From NCBI GenBank assembly GCA_035504335.1, contig DATJSD010000065.1, forward strand, positions 76 to 64,075: 64,000 nucleotides of DNA. The letters are read 5' to 3'. A model generated the notes under the pieces. That model was given only the letters and a program-made list of their open reading frames with translations. It made no database searches and was not told the DNA's origin. Of this stretch, positions 62,968 to 64,000 are shown piece after piece; within the stretch, counting starts at the first letter, position 1; each line of letters starts with the position of its first letter. This stretch comes from Steroidobacteraceae bacterium (GTDB lineage: Bacteria > Pseudomonadota > Gammaproteobacteria > Steroidobacterales > Steroidobacteraceae). The position numbers and the translations under genes are program-made.

Positions 62968-64000
62968 GTGCATAGTTCCAGAACGGCCCTGACTGGGTTG
63001 AGCCCCAGTGCACCCGGATGGCCCCGGCCCCCCGCCGCGCGCCCCGGGAGTATCGCCTGTCTGGCGCTGATTTGCAGCCTCATCGTGGCCGGCGCCCCGG
63101 GGCGCGCGGCCGCCATCGACTGGTCCGGGTGGTTGAATCCCTCGACCGCCCCCTTCCTACCCATTCCCGAGATCGACATCGATCCGGACAGCGGCAAGAC
63201 CATCGGCCTGATGCCCACCCTGCTGCAGACCGCCGCCGATGGCACCATCGAGCGCATCATCTCTCCCGACGTTTACCGGAACAGCTACTTTGGCTGGGGG
63301 GTCGGCGCGAGCATCTACGCCTTCCCGTCCGCCGACACGCAATGGTCGGTACAAAGCGACATCGAGCAGCACGTCGAGCGGCAGGTCGACTTCAACTACC
63401 AGACCGGACTGCTGCGCGAGCGGCCCTGGTCCTTCACCGGACAGCTGGAGTACTACCGCGACGGCACGCCGCGCTTCTTCGGCGTCGGCAACGACACCAC
63501 CCTGGCGGACCAGACCAATTACACCAGCGCGGAGGAGCTGGTGCAGGCCATGCCGGGCTGGAACCTCACGCGGCACCTGCAGGTCGCCTATCTGCTGCAG
63601 ACCGAGACCGTGAAGGTGCTGCCGGGCTCGATCCCGGGAATCCCCTCGATCCAGCGGCGCTTCGGCGCCGCGGGCAGCCTCGGCACCACCAGCATGACCC
63701 TCAACCGCGCGCTGCTGTTCTACGACACGCGCGACAGCCTGACCCTGCCGACGCGTGGCGTGCAGGTCATCGGCTACGCCGGCATGGCCGCGCGCGGCGG
63801 ATTCCTCAATGCCTCGCTCTACAGCGAAGCGGGCGCCGAGGCTCGCGCCTACCTGCCCTTTGGCGCGCGCACGGTGCTCGCCCTGCACGGAGCGCTGCGT
63901 TACCTCCTGCGGGCGCACCGGTTGCCCTTCTGGGCGCTGAGCACCATCGGGGGAGATCGCGCGTACATCGGCGGACCGCAGCCGTTGCGCGGCTTCGGCC
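62968..64000 (+). CDS. Omp85/BamA-TamA-like outer-membrane protein, 3' end outside window (not in the ORF track)
   Basis: Hand translation of frame 1 shows an ORF open from 62926 to the window end. GTG at 62968 (TTG at 62998 is an alternative). Signal-like IACLALICSLIVAGAPGRAAA. Beta-barrel-like alternating pattern and YDTRDSLTLPTRG, typical of surface-antigen D15 barrels. Confidence 0.65.
   Translation, partial: MHSSRTALTGLSPSAPGWPRPPAARPGSIACLALICSLIVAGAPGRAAAIDWSGWLNPSTAPFLPIPEIDIDPDSGKTIGLMPTLLQTAADGTIERIISPDVYRNSYFGWGVGASIYAFPSADTQWSVQSDIEQHVERQVDFNYQTGLLRERPWSFTGQLEYYRDGTPRFFGVGNDTTLADQTNYTSAEELVQAMPGWNLTRHLQVAYLLQTETVKVLPGSIPGIPSIQRRFGAAGSLGTTSMTLNRALLFYDTRDSLTLPTRGVQVIGYAGMAARGGFLNASLYSEAGAEARAYLPFGARTVLALHGALRYLLRAHRLPFWALSTIGGDRAYIGGPQPLRGFG

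Overview
Very GC-rich (roughly 70 percent by eye) proteobacterial chromosome segment. The gene order looks gammaproteobacterial (ffs-dnaX-ybaB-recR, dapA-lipoprotein, gcvR-bcp). Most of the window is housekeeping: cysDN(C) sulfate activation, prc, orn, dnaX/ybaB/recR, SRP RNA, dapA, gcvR, bcp, a PhoH2-type ATPase, a BepA-like protease and mlaA. A large isoprenoid/hopanoid supercluster spans 48.0-62.9 kb: dxs, ispA, hpnH, idi, hpnIJK, hpnA, hpnG, shc, sqs. Four regions stand out. (1) At 1-6078 a lower-GC four-gene operon encodes a RyR-domain protein, an exported caspase-FGE fusion, an orphan exported protein, and a SLOG-like domain fused to two SLATT-like 2TM modules. This matches no named system I know and is my best candidate for an undescribed conflict or membrane-effector system. 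(2) At 33410-36009 a lower-GC islet is bracketed by tRNA-Ser(GGA) and a 24-nt copy of its 3' end. No integrase is visible, and the duplicated tRNA fragment is translated as the N-terminus of a CDF transporter. (3) Two large nested palindromic elements share a CTTCAGGRGAAT core and sit at convergent gene junctions (17000-17130 and 26849-27023). (4) Short tandem repeats with periods that are multiples of 3 occur in many core genes. No rRNA, CRISPR array, transposase or integrase was seen. Many long ORFs in the track are antisense or off-frame artefacts of the high GC content. Start codons were re-picked where the track start overlapped an upstream gene. All family calls come from motif recognition by eye, not from searches.
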